From Macrostomum lignano (lineage: Eukaryota): a DNA stretch of 64,000 nt. The position numbers were made by a program, and so were the translations under genes. The notes below the pieces were generated by a model. That model searched no databases and was not told the DNA's origin. It saw nothing but the letters and a program-made list of their open reading frames with translations. Below are positions 62,969 to 64,000 of the stretch, piece by piece. The stretch covers positions 107,271 through 171,270 of the forward strand of contig NIVC01002471.1 of the NCBI GenBank assembly GCA_002269645.1, written 5' to 3'. How positions within the stretch are numbered: position 1 is the stretch's first letter; each line of letters begins with the position of its first letter.

Positions 62969-64000
62969 AAACAAATGCATGCTGCTTGCAGCAGGAAGCA
63001 CTAATAAAAATCGGACTTTCGTGGCATGAAAGCTAAAATAAGCCGCTTATAACTTTCAAGGCATATGATTTTTTAAACATACCTTAATACTTGTGGAAGC
63101 AAGCAAAAGTGACACTATTTCTTGGGACTCCCCTCGTATAATAGTTGCAGATATTGACGGATTTGACATAAAAGCTGGGCTAGAAGCTAACACAAGCTAT
63201 AACAATTTAAAAGCCAATATTATTTGTCGTTATAAATGTAAGCTCAAGCGATCGAAGAGCTAAAGCTATTGCTGATAAAGTTCAAACAGACTATCAATTA
63301 GAAGTAGCGCTCTAGGCGTAGCTTTGATTTTTTAATACTGCAAATGTCAGATAGCATTAGCCAGATAGAGAATTATCCGCTGTCGTTTAAAATTTCGCAT
63401 TATTTCAACTGCAGACACAAAGCGGCCTGATTTTGCTAGGTCAAACCATAGAACCAGATACTGAAGCAACTGGATAGGTCATTCGTAAAAAATGCAATCT
63501 AGCTACTCTTTTTAGTAGCAACATGAGCGTTATTGAATTTACTAAAATTAATTGAAGTAGAAAGAAACTTTCTCGGTCCCCGGGTCTTTTGAAACTTCAC
63601 AATACCAATCCTTGCTGCTCAGGTCTCTTTTTAGCTCTCTTCTCTTCTTTATTTTCTCTCCTCTGTCTTCGTTTCTCCCCTTTCCTCTCCTCTCCAGATT
63701 CTCTATCATGGCTCTTGAGGTAGCGAAAGCTTGTCGACCCACGCCGCTTAGCATACACCCAATGAACAGCAAATCCTTTGAATGTTTGCCGTTTTTACAT
63801 GCAAACTTTTTCTTTTTTACAAACTTTAATTACAAGCAGAGAATAACTCGTTATTCTTTGATTACGAAAAGTACATTTACGGTTAGCTATTCTAGTATCT
63901 GTGGGGCCAAACTAGCGCCTAAATCTAGAAATAGTAAAGAGAAAGAATAAATATGTGACCATTTTTAAGACCACTTGCGCTCTCACAGCGGGCCAGGATA

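Overview
Eukaryotic, intron-rich invertebrate genomic DNA. The dense intronic minisatellites and GC3-rich exons suggest a flatworm such as Macrostomum (inference, not verified). I assembled these spliced models by hand, checking GT-AG sites and intron phases: ERp44 (+, 3526-7018, 8 exons, 417 aa, C-terminal RDEL); a 7TM receptor resembling the cAMP-receptor/GPR157 class (+, 9496-11696, 4 exons, 305 aa); a KCNQ/Kv7 potassium channel (-, 36974-13123, 14 exons, about 1110 aa); a Shisa-like single-pass protein (+, 47169-55555, 3 exons, 273 aa); and the last exon of a related small membrane protein (+, 59912-60288). The main result is inside KCNQ. A second 111-nt pore/S6 exon (20716-20826, -) has the same length and phase as the canonical one (19602-19712) but encodes TVGYGHTVP instead of TVGYGDVTP. 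That is the His-bearing filter sequence of the acid-sensitive K2P channels TWIK/TASK. An unrecognised 3-exon antisense gene (+, 21388-22929) is interleaved with the S5/pore region of KCNQ. The rest of the window is about 20 different tandem arrays plus mobile-element remnants: an inverted piggyBac pair, a P-element derivative, hAT MITEs, CORE-type SINEs, a Gypsy RNase H fragment and a non-LTR 3' fragment. I found no CRISPR array, rRNA gene or true tRNA gene.
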